Source of the DNA: Planctomycetota bacterium
Lineage (GTDB): Bacteria > Planctomycetota > B15-G4 > SIAN01
Direction: 5' to 3'
DNA length: 64,000 nucleotides
NCBI GenBank assembly: GCA_031409275.1
Contig: JANNXA010000033.1
Coordinates: forward strand, 64,001 to 128,000
The notes under the pieces were generated by a model, which saw nothing but the letters and a program-made list of their open reading frames with translations, searched no databases and was not told the DNA's origin. Each line of letters starts with the position of its first letter. Positions within the stretch are counted from its first letter, which is position 1. Positions 61,013 to 64,000 of the stretch are shown in pieces. Made by a program: the position numbers and the translations under genes.

Positions 61013-63484
61013 TCAGCTCGGTGGCCCGGCGGTGCCCTTCGGTTTGCGCGAAGCCATCCCGTAGAGGATCAACGCCAGCACGCCGAAGCAGCCGAACGCC
61101 CAGAAGTTGTGCTGATCGAGGAAGTGGCGCACGGTCATGGAGCGCGTGTTGCTGTCGACAAGCCAGCTCGGCGCCTGGTCGATGTGGAGCGTCTGCATCG
61201 CCTGGTCGACCGTCTCGTTCTCGGGGAAGAGCGTGTTCGCGAGGTGGATGCCGTACTGGCCCGAGAAGCGCGTCTCGTAGGTCACCTCGCGCGGAGCGGC
61301 CAGTGCGTCGCCGTTCGCGTCGTGCGTCATCGTGGTCGGTGCGCTCAGTGCGCAAGCGAGGATGCCCACCAGCGCGCCACCGGCGATCAGGCCGGAAGAG
61401 AAGAGCACGCCAGGCGAGCTCTCCTGGTCCGCTTCCGAGAGCTTCGTCTTGCGGTCCGCGAACTTGCGCGCCAGACCGCCGAGGAAGATCGCCGCCGAGG
61501 TCGCGATCGGGAGGTAGGCGCCGACCGCGAAGGGCAGCGCTGCGACACCACACAACTCCATCATCACGGCGATGCAGATGCCGATGATCACCAGCACCCA
61601 CGGCAGGTTGCCGCCCAGCACGCCGTCGATGATGAGCCGGAACAGCTGCGCCTTGGGAGCGTCGAACTTCGACTCGATGTCGCGCTCGACCGTCGTGCCA
61701 TCCGCAGCGAGCTGCTTGGTCTCGGTGCCACAGATGCCGGGATCGACGTAGAAGGCGATCGCGCCGTCCTTCACCAGGTACTTGCCGCGCGGGACGACGA
61801 CCGACTGGCCGCCCGCGGTCGCCTGGGTCTGCTCGGCGCGCACGTACATCACGTCGTACTCGACGTTGCGGAACGTCTTCTTGCCGCGGAACGCGAGGTC
61901 GTCGGGGTGGCCCTGCGAGGCGAGCTCCGTCACTCGCCCCTGCGTCGCGCTGAAGCCGGCGAACTCGGGGCGCGCGTGGTAGGTGGTGTAGTTGTCGTTC
62001 AGGAACATCAGCGTGAGGCCGATGACCGCCGAACTGGTCAGCACTCCCCACATGATCGCGGTCTGCTGCTTGCGCGGCGTGGCACCGACCAGGAAGCCCG
62101 TCTTCAGGTCCTGCGACGTCGTGCCGCCGTTGCTGGCGGCGACGCAGACCAATGCCGCGGTGCAGAGCGCCATCTCCTTGTAGGAGACGCCGGTCCGGCC
62201 GGCCGCGACGAAGAGCAGGCAGGTGATCAACAGCGTGGCGACCGTCATGCCGGAGATCGGGTTGCTGGAACTGCCGATCTCGCCGGTGATGCGGCTCGAC
62301 ACCGTCACGAAGAAGAAGCCGAAGAAGACGATGAGGATCGCCGACATCCAATCGATGCCGAGGATGTCGCGTCCGATCAGTCCCTTGTTGAACGCGAGGT
62401 TCGGCGCCCAGATCGCGAGCACCAGCGCGATGCTGCCGAACACGACGACGCTCATCGGCAGGTCGCGTTGCGTGCGCAGCGTCACCGCGCCCTTGTTCCC
62501 TCCGACGCCTGCGAGCCCGCGCGCGAACGCGCCGAGGATCGTCGGCAGCGCGCGTGCCAGCGAGATGAGCCCGCCCGCGGCGACGGCGCCGGCGCCGATG
62601 TAGAGGACGAAGGCGTTGCGCAGCTGTCCCGGCGTCATGTCGACCGCGCGCACATGGCCGCCGCCGACGAGCGGCGAGGTGAGCTCGGGGCCGAAGTACT
62701 GGATCGCCGGGATGAAGATCAGGAACGACATGATCCCGCCGGCGAGCATCACGAACGACGTGCGCCAGCCGATGATGAACCCGGTGCCGAGCAGCACGGG
62801 GTTGGTCTCGAAGCTGATCGAACCGCCTTTCAGGAGCGAGAAGGTCCGGTCGTTGAAGCTGATCTTGTCGAGGCCCCAGCTCGCGTACTCGGCGAAGAAC
62901 TTCCCGATGCGACCGAGGTAAGCCCACAGACCGCCGAGGAAGAGGCCTCCGAACAGCGCCGCGGCGGACGAGCCGCCCTTGTCGCCGACGATCAGCACCT
63001 GCGCGCACGCCGTGCCCTCCGGATAGAGCAGCTTGCCGTGCTCCTTCTCCATGAGGTTGTGTCGCAGCGGGATCATCATCAGGATGCCGAGCGCGCCGCC
63101 GAGCAGCGCGATGAGCGTGATGCGCAGCGTGTCCATGTCGAAGCCCATGAGGAGCAGCGACGGCAGGGTGAATGCCACACCCGCCGCCAGCGACTCGCCC
63201 GCGGACCCCGTGGTCTGGACGATGTTGTTCTTCAGGATCGTCGACTTGCCGAACGCGCGCAGGATCGTGATCGAGAGCACCGCGATCGGGATCGACGCCG
63301 AGGTCGTGAGGCCGACCTTCAGGCCGGCGTAGACCGAGGCCGCCGCGAAGAGGATCCCGAGGATCGAGCCGAGGACGATCGCTCCGATCGTCGACTCGGT
63401 CATCTGCGTTTCGGGCGCGACGTAGGGCTTGAAGGGGGCAGGCGCGTCCGCGGCGCCGACCGGGCTGCTCGGGTTCGAGTTCAT
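61013..63484 (-). CDS. OPT-family oligopeptide transporter
   Basis: YAGLKVGLTTSASIP, NNIVQTTGSAGES, YPEGTACA, GSSSNPISG, SQDLKTGFLVGATP, APKA. Confidence 0.94.
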   Translation of the reverse strand: MNSNPSSPVGAADAPAPFKPYVAPETQMTESTIGAIVLGSILGILFAAASVYAGLKVGLTTSASIPIAVLSITILRAFGKSTILKNNIVQTTGSAGESLAAGVAFTLPSLLLMGFDMDTLRITLIALLGGALGILMMIPLRHNLMEKEHGKLLYPEGTACAQVLIVGDKGGSSAAALFGGLFLGGLWAYLGRIGKFFAEYASWGLDKISFNDRTFSLLKGGSISFETNPVLLGTGFIIGWRTSFVMLAGGIMSFLIFIPAIQYFGPELTSPLVGGGHVRAVDMTPGQLRNAFVLYIGAGAVAAGGLISLARALPTILGAFARGLAGVGGNKGAVTLRTQRDLPMSVVVFGSIALVLAIWAPNLAFNKGLIGRDILGIDWMSAILIVFFGFFFVTVSSRITGEIGSSSNPISGMTVATLLITCLLFVAAGRTGVSYKEMALCTAALVCVAASNGGTTSQDLKTGFLVGATPRKQQTAIMWGVLTSSAVIGLTLMFLNDNYTTYHARPEFAGFSATQGRVTELASQGHPDDLAFRGKKTFRNVEYDVMYVRAEQTQATAGGQSVVVPRGKYLVKDGAIAFYVDPGICGTETKQLAADGTTVERDIESKFDAPKAQLFRLIIDGVLGGNLPWVLVIIGICIAVMMELCGVAALPFAVGAYLPIATSAAIFLGGLARKFADRKTKLSEADQESSPGVLFSSGLIAGGALVGILACALSAPTTMTHDANGDALAAPREVTYETRFSGQYGIHLANTLFPENETVDQAMQTLHIDQAPSWLVDSNTRSMTVRHFLDQHNFWAFGCFGVLALILYGMASRKPKGTAGPPS

Positions 63485-63600
63485 GGGGGCGGCATCATGC
63501 CCGCCGCCCCGGAGGAAGAAAGAAGAGCGCCGCCACGACGCGCCGGGACTGGCGCACGGAGTGCGAACGGTGGCGGGCTCGCGCCCCCCCTCGGCTCTTC

Positions 63601-63758
63601 GAGCGCCTAACAGGATGTCCGCTGCGTTCGACCGGCTGCGGCGACCCAGGACCTCGTCGACCTCGATCGGCGACTCTTCAGAGTCGCCTCCTTAGGCCTC
63701 CTCATCCTGGGCGGCCTCGCTCGGTCTCGGCGCGACGCGTCGATTTTGTCAGGCGCTC
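63601..63758. mobile_element. MITE-like ~158-bp palindromic element with terminal inverted repeats
   Basis: Ends GAGCGCCTAACAGGAT and ATTTTGTCAGGCGCTC; internal CCCAGGA/TCCTGGG; central GGCGACTCT-TC-AGAGTCGCC. Confidence 0.55.
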
Positions 63759-64000
63759 TACTGCTTCCCGGTCGGCGGCGTGCCCCTCTTCGGCGGCGCG
63801 AGGTAGCGGCGGCCGTTGTTGGGGTTGTCGCGGTCGAAGGCGAAAGCGTCGCGGTTGTCGAGGAAGTGCTGCACGTAATTGATCGGGATCGCGAAGTTCA
63901 GCCCCTCGCTGAACAACATCTTCCAGGCCACGACACCGACGACTTCGCCGTTCTTGTTGAACAGCGGGCCGCCGCTGTTGCCGGGATTCACCTGCGCGGT
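63758..64000 (-). CDS. Trypsin-like (S1C/HtrA-type) serine protease, C-terminal part only
   Basis: [21 protein letters not shown]....EGLNFAIP catalytic-Ser motif; runs off the window end. Confidence 0.88.
   Translation of the reverse strand, partial: TAQVNPGNSGGPLFNKNGEVVGVVAWKMLFSEGLNFAIPINYVQHFLDNRDAFAFDRDNPNNGRRYLAPPKRGTPPTGKQ

Noticed and set aside
60962..63610. 882-aa plus-strand ORF
   Set aside because: Antisense shadow of the OPT transporter

Overview
High-GC, gene-dense bacterial window. An uncultured Planctomycetota-like host is inferred from the ECF sigma/Ser-Thr kinase-TPR pair, many FG-GAP/ASPIC secreted proteins, squalene-cyclase-repeat and DUF2961 genes. The centrepiece is a ~19.5 kb, tightly coupled respiratory operon (18705-38190): membrane-anchored dihaem cytochrome c, narGHJI, NarK, a complete alternative complex III (actABCDEF), an alginate-export-type porin and a second NarK, with no terminal oxidase. 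A probably inactive HDAC-family gene lies divergent from it across repeated operator-like palindromes. Other notable items are a tandem duplication of a Ca-binding YD-repeat lipoprotein gene whose junction keeps decayed remnants of the sigma-factor 5' end and the hisS leader; a ~96-aa C-terminal domain shared by two different secreted FG-GAP proteins (candidate sorting signal); a doubly frameshifted ASPIC/UnbV gene; a structured leader before a methyltransferase; and several long palindromic intergenic elements. No rRNA, tRNA, CRISPR array or transposase was seen. All family calls rest on motif recognition by eye, not on database searches.
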